Shown: in pieces, positions 25,884 through 40,279 of the stretch | Layout of the letters: each line of letters starts with the position of its first letter | Position numbering within the stretch: the stretch's first letter is position 1 | Assembly: GCA_012295275.1 (NCBI GenBank) | Contig: CM022665.1 | Span: 8,370,001 to 8,434,000, forward strand | Length of the DNA: 64,000 nt | Direction: 5' to 3' | DNA from: Chrysomallon squamiferum | Lineage: Eukaryota; Animalia; Mollusca | Made by a program: the position numbers and the translations under genes | The notes under the pieces: generated by a model | What the model was told of the DNA's origin: nothing | The model's input: only the letters and a program-made list of their open reading frames with translations | Databases searched by the model: none

Positions 25884-28800
25884 TTAAATTATGACTTCTT
25901 CTATTTCATCTTCAATGCTATCTACAGCTGTCACTGACGGTTTGCTTTGTATTGTGCTGACTGGAACACGAGGTCTTCGTGGCAATAATTTTTGGTTCTC
26001 AACATCTGATTTATCATCTTCAAGGAAAGCTGCACCTCCACTAAAAATCATTGTGCTTGAATTCTCTCTCCGTGTTGATTCAAAATGTTTGAGATTTGGC
26101 TCTGCTTGATCTGCCTTATCCCATGGGAATGCATCTTTCTTTTTTGATGTTTTAGTGTTGGCAGAATCTATCAGAAATAAATCTGAGACATCATTCTGCT
26201 TCGTTGTTGATTTTGACCTGGGAACATCTCCAAAAAGATTTTTCATTAAGTCTTCTTTCTTACTGTTTGCTGACTTTCTACTAGGAGAACTGAAAGATGG
26301 CTGATAACCATCATTTTCAAATTCATCAGGTGACCTCTTTTTTGATTTATCAAATAATCCAAGATCATCATATGCTGGCTTGCCATCATGAAGATTTTTT
26401 ATTGTCTGTGTATGATGATACTGTTTTCTGCTAGGAGTTGGTGAAATCTTTTCACTACTAGTAGTTGAGCTGCGACCTTCATCTATGGCTTTCATTCGAG
26501 CCAGCAGTAAATCTTTCTTCCTTCGTTCTTCTTGATAGGCAGCATCATTTTTCATTCTTTCTTCTTGCTCTCTTCTCAGAGCTTCTTCTATTCTTTTTTC
26601 CTCTCTTTCTCTTTTTTCTTTTTCTTCCCTTTCTTTGCTCGCTCTTTCTTCCTTTTCTATTTTTTCTCTTTGTTCCCTTTCTTTTTTCTCTCTTTCTTTT
26701 TTCTCTTGCTGTTCTCTTTCAAATTTTTCCACCAACTCTCTATCTCTTATTTTTACCTCCCTTTCTTGCTTTAACTTCTCTTCAAATTCTTTTCTCTGCC
26801 TTTCTTCTATTTCCATTTGACGTTTTTGCAGTTCTTCTGATTCACGCTTTATTTTCTCTCGCTGCTGTTTTAATTCATCATCATCTTCATCATCTCTTGG
26901 TTCTCTCCAAAATCTGTTAGTTTTCTCTTCATTCTCCTTTTTCTTTTCAAATTTAATGTCTAATTCTCTATCTCCCATTCCATTCATATTTCTTTCATTA
27001 TCTAAAACATCCATCCTTTTGGAAAAAAAATCTGTTTCTACTGTTTTGTTGGGTGATGTTTGTTTCTCTGACTTTTGTCTTCTCTGTTGCTGTTGCTGTT
27101 GCTGCTGCAGCTGGTGATGCTGTTCATACTGCTGCTGCTGCTGTTGCTGCTGGAATGAAACAATCAAAAAAACAGTTTCAGAATTATAAAACTAATATTC
27201 TTTGTTAAAATGGCATTTATCTGTCTCCCATTAATAGATTATTTTTTTTATATATAAAACATGAAATAATATATAAACTGTAATTTAGTGCAAGAAGGTA
27301 ATATTATGTTAAAGCTGTAATCATACTAATATTTGAATTGTTTGACGTGGATATGAGTAAATTATTTAAATCACTTGTTACAATATTTAGGAAATAAACA
27401 TCTTAAAATCACTTTAGGAGAAGATTTCATTTATCAGTTTTAAACATTTACTGGCATATATAATGTATTCAGTGGAAATAAAAATAATAAATTACTCTGA
27501 AAGGATTTCTAAAAATAAATGATGAATCAGGTGCAAAAGTGTTTGATGAATAAAAACCAACAGCAGGATGTGTACACAAGGAAACTATTAAAAATGTCTC
27601 TTCCTAAATATTCTAACCAAAAGGATGCATCCCTGAACCGAAGAGGGTGGATATGCTTTTTTCCTAAACATCTGCAATTAGCTGTTTTAACAAATTTTCT
27701 TTGGAAAAAGCAACTACACATCAAATACAGTCCAGACAAGCATCACATACACTGAGCATGTATGACAGATCATTGTGTACTACGCTCAGTGGGGATAGGC
27801 ATGAATATTTTAATTTCCTTGAGTCATTCCCTAAAAAACATATTCTGGACAAAGACTAAAAGAAAATGAGAGAGACTGTACCTGAATGTATTTATACTTT
27901 TTTTTTTCTGTTATTTTCCTTCTGTACAACCTCCTTACAGTTAAAAACCCCAAAATAACTAGATATTGGAAAGTGTCAAAAAGAATGTGAACATATTAGT
28001 TTCTTAAATACATCTAACACGCTGGCAACAAAGGAATGAAATCAAGCAATTATATAATGGTGATTTTTAAAAGGAGAGTGATATAAGTAATTAAAAAAAA
28101 GAAAAAATAATAATAATAATAATAATAAATATAATGAAATGTTATTAAATTTGTGACAGCAAGATGTGTAACCAGAGTCACTGGCATCCAACTGATAACA
28201 AGATCCAGACCATCATGCAAGTGCATTTATAAGGACCTATAATAAATTTCCAACCTGCTGCCAAGCCTCGCTAACCTCTCTATGGATTTTACCCTCCTCC
28301 CTCCTTTTCCTTTCATATAATTTTGCTTTTTCTCTGGAAGACAGATCATTCAAAGATGGTGCTCTGTTTTGCAGTGCACCATGTGCAGGAGGAGGTGTAT
28401 CCAGAGGAGTTCCTGAATAAGAGGAAGGTAACTTGTGAGGTGGTCGCATTATTCGGTTGCTGTATATATTCTTTATCTCCAATTCCTTCTCCTTTTCCTG
28501 TCAATGAACAGATAGGGAAATGTCATATACATTTCAATATGTCAAAACAAAACTAATTTACACCAATTAGTAATTAGCAGTTTTATTTGTCATCTGTATC
28601 AGTTTTACTTGATGAATATTTATCTAAACATAATTTCAGTTTTGATACTATTATTATTGGTACTATCACAATATTAACTATTTTGTTCTATGCAATATCT
28701 TCTTTTCTTTTTTACAATCCTACAAATAACACAAAAATATTCAGAATAGTTTTCTTCTTCATTTCCTGTCCTTGTTGTCACCAATACACCTTTCTAAGAA

Positions 28801-31474
28801 TGTATTCATAAAAATTAAAAAATTACTTTTGAAAAACATACTTTAATCTTGTTTTTTAACTGGGCATTTTCCTCTTTGTAGTCTTCTAACTGCTTTTTTG
28901 TTTCACGATGACTGGCCATTTCTATACCCAGTTCATGACGGTGATTTTTGGTCAGATGTTCTATATGTCTTTCCAGATCCTTTAATAAACAATAAATAAG
29001 GTATAGTGAAATTACAGTAATAACAGAGTGTAAAATGTATGTACATTTACTATTTCTAATTTTATTTTACTAATTTCAAACTGCATTCAGCTGCTAGTTT
29101 ATTTTTCTGAGCTAGGTAAAAATACATTCAGAAGCACCTGTTAATTTATATTAACTGAAACAATATTATTTTATTGTTAATATTCTATTAATTGTATGTT
29201 ATATTTGCTAGATTATGCCTCTATAACTCAGTGTATTAGTATAGTAGATTCCCTAATTAAACCTAATATAATAATAAAAGTACTTTTATTCGTGTTTCCT
29301 TTTCTTCCAAGTCTATTTCTGTTCTACTCAGCTTTCTGTTTAGGTCATCTCTCTCCATGAGATTCTTTTCTTCAACCAGCTGTTTGTATTTTTTAAGTTT
29401 ATTCTGAGCCCTGTCAAGATCATCCTCAGCATCACGTAAATACCTCTCAGTTTTCTCATATTTCTCTTTAGCAACCCGTAGTTGTTCCTTCAGTGCTCTG
29501 ACTTCATTTGCATGCTTTGAAAGCAACTGAGGCAGGTTGCCTTCCTTGTCCTGGTAATGTTTTAGTGCTTTCTCCTGTCTGTATTGCATTTTCTTCAAAA
29601 TCTTGTTTTCAGCCTGCAGATCCTTTATTTTCATGTTGGATTCCTCCACAAGGTTCCTTAGCTCATTCATCTTGATCCGTCCTGCTGACAGCATCCTTTG
29701 GGTTATGTAGTCAGACTGGGAAGTAGTTATAGCATGCTGCCCTTTTTTCCTCAGTGGTGACTTTTTATTATATTTTAGACCACCTAGGTAAGAAAAAAAA
29801 CAAAACAAAAAATGATTTATTAATTAATTATTGCTCCTGAAATCTATATTTATCACTAACTGTGTTAAAACATCAAACCTTGAAAACAGGTACTTAAAAA
29901 CATAATATCACTCTTGAATTCTAAAAGCTAACAGGAAGACATGAATGATTAAGTATTTGTTTTAAAATTAATAAGTGTTAAATGTATACTTTTGAATTTT
30001 TGAAAAGTCTGACAGAGAAAACCCACTGATGTCATACCAATGATTAGTAACAAAGAAGAAATATGTCAGATTAGTTTAACATAGCTCATACTCTGTGAAA
30101 TGTTTGATTAAAAAAACAATTTTTTTTTAATCTTTATAAATATTTATTATGTTGTATCTTTAAGGATACATCCATTTTGTTACTAATTAACATTTAATTT
30201 ACAGCAATTATATTCTGTACTGCAAAAATTTTGAATTACCTTTTGTTAATCTTGTATATAATGTATTGTAACCAAAGCAGCTACTTGATTTGATGTAAAC
30301 TTAACATTTAAAAAATATTGAAAAAAAAAAAAAAAAGAAAAAGAAGAAAGAAAATAAAGTTCAAAACAAACTCACCACTGCAAACCTCATATAGTTAATA
30401 AAAAAAAAATATTTTTAAATCCTTTTTTAGTTTTTAAATATCCATAATCACTATTAAACAGTTTAATGTTTCTCTCAAAGGTCTATTTTTCAAAAAAATT
30501 AAAGGTTTAATTGTTAACTGCATTTATAAACAATATGTGAGTTTAGATCAGGTCAGGTGCAAAATAAACCATAAATACTGAGAAAACATTAGTGATATAA
30601 TTCATTAACAGTGACAATGAATAAATCAAGAGGAATTAAGTGCAATTGTCACCAAAAGGATTTGTTGTGTTTGTTAGTGGTAAATTCAAATAGCATAATT
30701 TCATTACTAATTTCCATTTCTGATTATTGGCAATAAGGTAGCCCACCCCAACTTACATGAATGACAAAATTAACTTTGAGAATAAACTATTTTGGGGACA
30801 GGTTGTGATTAAGAACAAACTGCTTCACACGTGATCTTACTTGGTCCGCTGAAGCCAGAATTAAGAGAAATCTTTTTTTTCTCTTCATCAAGATTTTTGA
30901 CAGTGTGATCCTTTTTCTGGCTAGTTAATATAAACTGTTTGGGTAGAATATCAATATTTGGATTTCTAACAATCTTGCTGTCATCTTTGCTACCTTCACA
31001 ATGTTTAATGACAATTTTTTCAGCAGTTTGCTCCTTTTGAACCTCAGTAATATGGTCATTATCAATAATGGGATGAGTGTTAAAGCCATTAGGATGCTGT
31101 TTTTTGAACTGTTGCAAGTGTAAAGATGAAGCTGCTCTACTGTTTTGGCGTGAATGAGTATATGATGATGTAGCTCTGCTGCTTTGCCTTGATTGCATAT
31201 GATCAGTCTTAGCAATTCTGGTTTCAACATAAACTAAATTACCCTCATCATACTGATCATCATCATTACATTCCTCAAGATCATTTTTAACATCATCATC
31301 ATCATCATTAATAATAAATATGTCATTATGATTATTTAACCTACGTGGTGATTTCATAGGTTTCTTTGATGGAGCTCTTCGTTCTTGTTCAGATTCATCC
31401 TCACTGACAAAATCATCACTATAGTCATAATCATCATCCACTCTGTCAAAGCTTTTTTGTCGCCTTGTTGACAT
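25884..31474 (-). CDS. LCA5: Lebercilin (LCA5/LCA5L family) ciliary coiled-coil protein
   Basis: Exons 31474-30841 (alternative donor at 31345), 29783-29284, 28979-28842, 28497-28276 or -28255 (donor uncertain), 27149-25884. Lebercilin-type segments ITQRMLSAGRIKMNELRN, ENKILKKMQYRQEKAL, LPQLLSKHANEVRALKEQLR and EKEKELEIKNIYSNRI. C-terminal KKDLLLARMKAID, KEDLMKNLFG and DEIEEVII. Confidence 0.92.
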
Positions 31475-31784
31475 TGTTGATTAACATCAAGCAAAAAATT
31501 TACATAAACAGTTTCTTTTTGGACAAGTGGTTTTCCTTCATAACACTAGGTGGGTTCTTTTTTAAAATTCTAGTAAAAAAAAATAGAAATACAAATACAA
31601 AATATAAAAAGATATAAATAACTGAAATCATGTAATGTTATAATTAATAATTTCATTATTAACTTACTGGAAATATATCAAAGATTACAGATCAGAGATA
31701 TTTTACTAAGTGCATGTGTTAGTGTAATTCATAAAAACAAAAATAATAATTCCTCGAAATTCTGTCATCCACACAATATATTTA

Positions 31785-31841
<57 letters not shown>

Positions 31842-32348
31842 ACATTTATTAACTGAAAAATTATTTAATTTTCTTAGTGTTTACTGCTGCAAATGTTATG
31901 CCTAATAAAACATTTCATATGGCACATTTAGGTAGCCAAATTATTAACCTTTGTTTGTCTAAAATGACTATAGATTTAGAAAACAGCAAAACATTTCCCC
32001 CCACACACACACAACAAAAGCTAGCAAATACCAAATTGAACTTTGCTAGTTTTTTACTTATTCTACAGTGTATTACAGTGATCACTGAAAGTGTTTTCTT
32101 TTCCTTCTTTCTTTCCTTTATTTATTTATTTATTTATTAGAAAAAAACCCACTAAACATTAAAATGATAATATGTTCAATTTTGTTTTGTTTTGTTGCTT
32201 TTAGACTGTTTTTTCTTTTTCTCTCTCTCTCTCTCCTTTTTATTTTCCCGTTTTTAATTTGTAATTTTAACGGAAGAACATCAAAATTTTTATTACGCAT
32301 TTATATCCCTCACACGTTGCAGGTAAACTTTATAAAAACTAGACTTAC

Positions 32349-32500
32349 CATCATATATATTAAGAAGTAAACTAAGTCTAAACATGTGACTAAAACAACG
32401 GTAACAATTTTTTTAAAACTACGTTCACCGGTGGTATGCAACCTTGTTGTTTTTCTGCCAAGCAACAAGTTATACAAACTGTGTACTACGTCACTGATTT
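32349..32500 (-). promoter_or_regulatory. Probable non-coding first exon and promoter of LCA5 with an RFX X-box-like site
   Basis: Minus-strand donor G|GTAAGT at 32349/32348 and an acceptor at 31570, upstream of the ATG. X-box-like GTTGCTTGGCAGA (minus, 32466-32454) and a half-site GTTACC near 32400. Confidence 0.5.
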
Positions 32501-32909
32501 CGTAGACACTTTTTTTTTTTTTTTTTTTTTTTTTAACTTTTCTTTTCTTTTGGAGTTTCGATCAACATAATCTTGAAATGAACGATACAACTGAAAGCCT
32601 TTCCTTTTACGTATATGTATCAAAGGCTATAGAGACATTTGATAATAACTGGGTTTTCACCACCAGTGTAGTCTGCTACAGGAACTCTTAAAGTTTAAGA
32701 TATTTAAAGGTTTAACGCATTTTCCATGCTACTGCAAAATATGGCTCGTAATATTTTCTTTCATTCTTTCTTTTTTTTTTCTTCTTTTTTTTTCACCTTA
32801 TCTATAAGGTTTTGATTACTTGTCATAAAATTATGCGGCGAAAAAAAAAAGAGAAAAAAAAGAAGATAAATAAATGATAAAATAATACTAAATAAATAAA
32901 TATTTACAA

Positions 32910-32960
<51 letters not shown>

Positions 32961-33526
32961 CAAAACCCCTTAAGATAACATTATTGCGGCTAGAAATCAA
33001 ATAACTGCCAATAAATAACAACAGTAGATTAATGAGTCTTTGGTGTCATTTCATATCGATAATAATTATGAAACCGGCATGTCTATGAACATAAATATTA
33101 TAATTTGGATTATGGAGATTATGATAATATTTATATAGGCCTATCAATAATGGTTACAACATAGGTCCAAGGTGTAACGAGTCGAAGCATGTCTCAGTAC
33201 TGTTTTCTATTCCAAGTGAACCTGTTTACCGGATATCATTATTTTTTTCGTGACTTGTTGGAGGGCATGTCTTTTGCTACTGTAGTAGCCATAATAGCTG
33301 TTGATGTATAATATTCTGGTTTGTTAGAGCGCATCGTGCGGCCAAAAACTTTTGACATCAACACTTTGATAATAGCCGATAAAGAATAACCCATATAGCA
33401 ACGATTTTCGTCTCGTATAAAAATAATATGAATCCTAATAATAACTTAACAAATTATTCATAATAATTAATGCTCATCGAACACACAATTATAAAACCTT
33501 ATCATGCTAGAAAATTTAATAGTTAA

Positions 33527-33557
<31 letters not shown>

Positions 33558-34636
33558 ATACCTATAGCATTACAGTGAATGAAACGAATCAGAATAGTTT
33601 CTTTAGTCCAGCAACTTAAATGAAATGAACGAGGAAATTATTATTCACCTAGAACGTTAGTTAATATTTAATTTACCGAAAAGGTGCGTATAATATCTTT
33701 TATAATTTGTTATTAGCCACCACCACCTCAAAAAGAACGAACGTTCATCGGTAATCATTTGTAACAGTAGCATAAACTGATAATTAAACAGATTAATTAA
33801 CAAATCACGTCAGTAACATTAGATATTTATCTTTCCCGTCCGTAGTAATCAATGGAATTCATAATTACTAAGTTTACTGAATACTGAATAATACAACATT
33901 AAAAATAATAATAATAATAAATTTAAAAAAAAAAAAAAAAAGAAAAAAAAAGTAAGGCTAACAAAAAATATTTGATGTCCGTAATCTAGTAATTACTACC
34001 AAACTATTTTTATTAGTGCATTAGACTGGATGATCGTAATTTAATGAATTGGCTTGCTGATGTTATGATCCGTGTATCTAGTGTGCATTTTCTTCGAAAA
34101 TCAAATTAAATTACGATTCACACATGCGCGCGCGCGCACACACACACACACACACATACATTGGTAACAAATATAGGAATTTTGCATTTAGAAAAAATAG
34201 TACGGAACTATCGAAAATCTATTGCTAATGGTGTAAATATATGCACTAGTTATGTTTCTTTTATTCAGTTATCTGTACGTTCTTTTAAATCCTAAAATTC
34301 TTTGCTGTAACATATCACAGTATGGCTGATGAAAACGCCAGACTCGTAAAAAAAAAAAAAAAAAAAAAAAAAAATATGCAGAATAAAAACAAATTTCGAA
34401 ATGACAAATGTAATTTTTCGCGGAATCACCATTTTCGTTGAAGCATTTGTAATTTACAGACATCGTTTCGAAGAAAATTGCCTTGATTCGACTGTCACCC
34501 CACCATACCATGAATGAAGTAATATTCAACTCTCCAGCAAAAATATAAATGATTTTATTTCTTCTTTATAATTTTATATACAGCATGATTCTGAATAATA
34601 TTTTAACTGGCTATTTTCGGTTGTTCTTTTCAGACG

Positions 34637-34640
<4 letters not shown>

Positions 34641-34732
<92 letters not shown>
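34641..34732. repeat. Compound (CT)n(GT)n microsatellite
   Basis: Perfect CT run followed by a GT run. Confidence 0.97.
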
Positions 34733-35572
34733 AAGGACATTGTCACCACAACAACACTTTCGGATGCCTACTCCTAGACAATTATATCTTGATTTTTATA
34801 TATCTTGAAAAATACATCAGCAATGCTGGGTAGTGTAAAGACATCGTGTACTGGCACTACCAAAGGAATGTGAATATTTTAAACCATCAGCTAATCGAGG
34901 TAACTAGACTGTGTCCCAGAAAAAACGTTATCGACCCTTGAGTGCAAATAAGTATATTTCAAACGGTTGACTGAATGATTGATCGATTAATTGATTCTGG
35001 AACAGATGTATCCAAGCAAATGTATTTGTTAAATCTAGGGCAGAGAGTGTTATACCTTGGAATAAATTATAATGTTTTCCAATATTATACGATATATTCA
35101 TTCATTATTTCGAAATATTATTTTAAACAGATAAAACTTCAAGATTCTTTCGAAATTTATTACAAGATTAAAGTAGTTATTAATATTATTAACAAAATTA
35201 TTATTATTATTTGTTGCTTTTGTTATTTTTTAAATTTATGGGTAATTATTTCTGTAAGTATATCCGCTTGTTTATAGGCGGATGTTTCCATAATTGTCCA
35301 ACTTACTTGAAAGAGATAGAAACGCAAAATTAATTGTTATATGCTTGGCTGCAAATTCTAAAAACAGGTGTGTTTAGAAAAATAATAACATCTACTACTG
35401 TTTCACAAAACTTTATTTCATTTCAGTGCAAAATACGTAACGAAGAATAGCAGAAATATGAGAATGTAAAAATTTACGAAACTGCTTATCACAGATAATA
35501 TTGTAACAAACCTGCAGGCGAAAAATAAAATAAAAAAAGATAATAATAATAATAATGCTATATATATATATA

Positions 35573-35625
<53 letters not shown>

Positions 35626-37714
35626 AAAAATGAAACAAAGCCCATACAGTAACAAAATGCCCTGTTTGTGAAAGAAAAGCACGAATTCACAAAAGAAACA
35701 TTTTGATGAAATGTAAGATTAGTTGTCCATTAATTAAAAATGATCGTATTTTTTGTTAATATTTTCTTAAACAATAATATCAAGTAGAACCTAGACAAAA
35801 AATCCAGTTGCTTCTTCTTGTTGTTTTCGTTGGAGTTGTTAATCCTACTTAATGCTATTTCAATAAAATGCATTTTTAAATTTTAGACTTGCAATTGGAC
35901 CATAACAAATAATTCAGGTGGCGTTTGACTATTTAATGTGTATATATGGTGAAATCACGAACGCAGTAAAAAATAGTAATAATAACAATAATAATAATAA
36001 TAATAGTATTTCACGTCATAATTGTTTTAATCTGGACTTTAATAGCTACTACACAGAGAAATCCGAAGATGAGCAGACAAAACGGTGTCTACTATTTGTT
36101 TGAATACCATTGCAATAACTAGTAAAATTAACTAGCTTGTAAAACTAGTTTATTTCCACTAATGCAAAATCATCATATAAGCTACTCTGCTAAATACCTA
36201 TTTTCAAAATGTCCAAGGATGAAATGATCTTGAAAATTAGTAAGCAATATGAACAGAATTAGTATGTGGTAAGCACGTAAGTTGGACCCAAGTCTGTTTA
36301 AAACATAAACATACACAGTATGCTTTGCAAGCCATGTAAAACAAAGTCTTCTTATATTATTAATAATAATTTGTTCCAAACTGCAGATCCATATGCTCTT
36401 ATACAAATCAGTACTGACATGAAAATGTTATTATTAATATCAATAGATCAAACTCGATCTAAATCACATGGCGTAATTTCGGACTGGTCGTTTGTTGTCG
36501 GTGTGTCCTTTATCAGTCAGTGAAAGGAGATCTTTCTGCAAAGATAAATAATACAGACGATTGTTGTTAACTAAAACTAACTGAATATATCTCTGAAAGT
36601 AAATCAATATATAATTCGTCTCATGATTGCCACCAAACATACATACTGATACATATAATCATAAATTAAAAGAAAAAAACGTACATAAAAATATACACAT
36701 GTACGTACATAACTGAGTAAATCATTGCAAGGCTGCAATGTTTCTCAGTATATGAGGTTTATTATTATTATTATTGTACAAAGTGACATCTTCAAAATGA
36801 GTAGAAACAAAAGCCGCGGTTTACCGTATGGATGTTTTGGATTGCAGCAGCTGAAGTGTACTTTAAAAACTTAATCGATAGTGAGAATGCTGTAATCCAA
36901 GACAATAATGCAGCTGAAGCTTTAATTCGTTCTAAAGTAGCGAACTTTACCTAATCAAAGCGAAGAGGAACGAGTAATGTTTTTTTTTTTTTTTTTTTTT
37001 TTTTTTCCTTCTGAATGTCATTTCAGTTCATCAGACTTTGAACGCCGATCTCTTGCTGACAGTCACTTTTCTGTGATTTAGATAGGACGAAAAACTACGA
37101 AATTACATGAATCAGTTTTATACTTTGAATTAAATTAGAGATGGGAAATGTCAAAAAAGAAAGGGGTGGGATGGGGAAATGGTACTTGTTAATACTAAAT
37201 TACACATTAGGAATAAAGATAATATATATATATATATCTATATATATCCGTTTTCCGGACACCTTTTAAAAATTTAAGGAAAGAAAATATTTGTTTACTC
37301 AAAAGTACTTTTGAACACAAATCACTGTAGCTTGGACAAGCAGCTGCTATATTATGCATACAGTAAATTTATCGTGTTTTCGCGATAACTTAATTCCTTC
37401 TACTTCGAACCGATCTCGTAACATAAAATGTGATACGTCTAAGCTCGGCTTAACGTGGCATTCGGTGGCCTGGGTTTGAGCCAAGCACGGCTTAAAGTAT
37501 CAAAATAATGGATGTCCGTTTCGAATATGACACATTCAGACCCCAAATTAATCGAGCATTAGAATGTTAAGTAAGAGGATTCAAACTAATTTAATTAAAT
37601 ATTCCAGAAAATAATTATTTTTCAAAATATTTTATGCTTAAAACCGATTTGACATTTAATTAAAATGTATAATTTATTTCATATTTACTTTATTTGACAC
37701 TGAATTATGTTTCT

Positions 37715-37746
<32 letters not shown>

Positions 37747-38383
37747 TAGTTACTAAATGTTTTTATTCTTTTTATTTCTTCTTACTAGTACATTTATGCA
37801 AGAGTACTGCAATCTGCAGAATTTATACCATCATTATTATGTTTTAATCTCAAAAGAAATACGTTGAAATGTGAGAGCATATTAAATGTAAGCTTACTTT
37901 CATGTTATTATTACGGTATATTATAAAGATCTTTGATATATCCTAGGCGTTCTAAAGGAAGTGCTTACAATAGTATTTACATTTAATTTCATATACATCA
38001 AATATAAAAATGTTTTTGTCATACCCTTGCATGTGATTACGTCTTGGTTATAAAGCTATTCAGTTATCCACCAATCCGAGCCTACACTGATAATAATTTA
38101 TTCTTCACAATAGAGAAAACTGATTAAAAAGGAATGAGTTAAGAATGGAAACTGTTTTATTTGATGGTGAGAACTATTAGGATTATTAAAGTTATAATTT
38201 TAAAAATACGTTTCACACAATATCAACTATTTTAATGTAATAACTTCATAACTTCTCATATATGATATTACTGTCTGTTTTAGTAGAATGGATTATTTGT
38301 ATTATTCATAAAACGTGTTTTTCGGATCTTGAAGAATCGGAAAATTACATTAATTAATTTCGAGATAGGTTTTTTATTGTCGA

Positions 38384-38775
38384 CTATCTGTTTTCTTTAT
38401 CAGACTTTTGACACAAGCATTTCTTTACAGCCAGGTAATGAATAATCAACGTAGAAAATAAATATGTCTTTTTGAAGAAAATTCGTTAATTTAATAAACT
38501 TTAAATAAAAGTTACCTCATCGTCAAATGTCTTTTCTTGGGTGAAAATTCTAGGTTTGTCCTGTTTATTCTCTGGAGGGAAAACAGCAGATTCTATGACT
38601 GTCAGTTTTTTATTACTAGTCACGTCATAACTGTCGTCGTTATCTTCATCATCATTTGCGTCGCTTGATTCGTCGCTTTTATCTTCTGAGTTAGCGCCAT
38701 CTTCATCATCATCATCATCGTCATCGCCATTTTTGTCATCATTATCATCAATGTTTGACTCATCGCCATAGCCAA

Positions 38776-38812
<37 letters not shown>

Positions 38813-40243
38813 ATTTTTGCCATTGTCGGCATCATTGTTACTACTGTCATCATCATTATCATCATCGTCATCGTTGCGGTCACTGTCCTCAACAACTGTA
38901 TCGACTTTATCGATAAAATTATTATCGGGAACTTCCATGTCGTCATAATAATAGTAGTAATATTCAGGTTTGTTGTCGGTGCCGTTTTCGGATGTAGTGC
39001 CTGAACGCGGATCCATATCGCTGATTTTCTCACTTATGTCAGTGTTTTCTTGTGAATCTTCTGTCGATTCTGATTCAAGATATTCTTTTTCTTTGGATGC
39101 TTGTTCTGATTTCAGATCTCTGTTATTTCCCTTTGTTTTCTTGTCGTTAAAGTTTTGCTTGCTGTATATTTCATCTTCTGAATTTCCCTAAAAGAGGAGG
39201 AAACTAACATTGGTCAAGTGATGATAACAGCCGCCATTTTCATTTTAATGAGAATTTGTTTTGTTAATTTATTTAAACCGGAGAAGTACCGTTATTCATA
39301 CATTGTTTACATACTAACCAGAATATTTTTATTTGTTCGTACAAGAAGACAAGCAGAATTAATATTCCATCCAAAAACACTGAAGTCAATTTTAGTTAAT
39401 TATTTTTTTAACATTTTTTACCAACAATTTAACTTTTTATTTTTCCTTATTTTATTATACCCTCTCCTGCCAGTTGTTTTCGACTGGTTCATTGAAAGCC
39501 ATTATGAGTACTTTTGTGTATATATGAAAATACAAGTAAAAAAGCCCTTCCTGATAATATATTTAATATTAAATATATAGATACAATTTCAATTTTTATT
39601 TTTTATTTAACCCAACTGTTAACTGCTTGCTTTAATACTTCGATCTTTTATGATATTGTTTCATCCTATTTTGTTTTCTTCCATGTCTTCAACTCAAGAC
39701 CTTTGAACTTTTATAGAATACAGGACTAAATAATTCAACTTCTACACTATTTGTTTTAGTGGTATAGGAAAACCTACAAGAAGGAAGTATATAGCTTTAC
39801 CTTAGGCAAGTCTGTCTTGAGATCTGTTTCCCTTTCGTTAGATGGTGTTAGATGAACCGAAGGAATAACGTTGGAGATGTCATGTGACTGAATTTCAGCG
39901 TCAGGAATCTTTTCTTGAACAGAATTGAGATCATCTTGATCTGTTACAAGAGTGTGAAGTTCATATTTGTTTTCTTCACCTTCAACTGGTTCTGTAATAA
40001 AGCCATAACATTTTTAATTCGTAAGAAAAAAGAAGTAAACAGACCCTTTTTTTTATTATTATTATACTATTATTTTAAAAATTTATTATATATATATTTA
40101 TATATTTATAATAGTTTTTGTAAAACTTGTGTACTATTTTTTATTACTCTATTATTCACCAAAACTACATATTATATTGTCATATAATATAAATTAAAAA
40201 CAGCAGTTTACTTCATGACAATAAAGAAATAATATTTTGATCA

Positions 40244-40279
<36 letters not shown>

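Noticed and set aside
26465-26920. Plus-strand F/L/S-rich ORFs, and the M/T-rich ORF at 38620-39033
   Set aside because: Antisense or alternate-frame shadows of the low-complexity LCA5 (E/K/R-rich) and poly-Asp exons.
37440-37500. Degenerate A/B-box-like sequence (GGTTTGAGCC) suggesting a tRNA or SINE head
   Set aside because: No cloverleaf can be drawn and the boxes are too degenerate.
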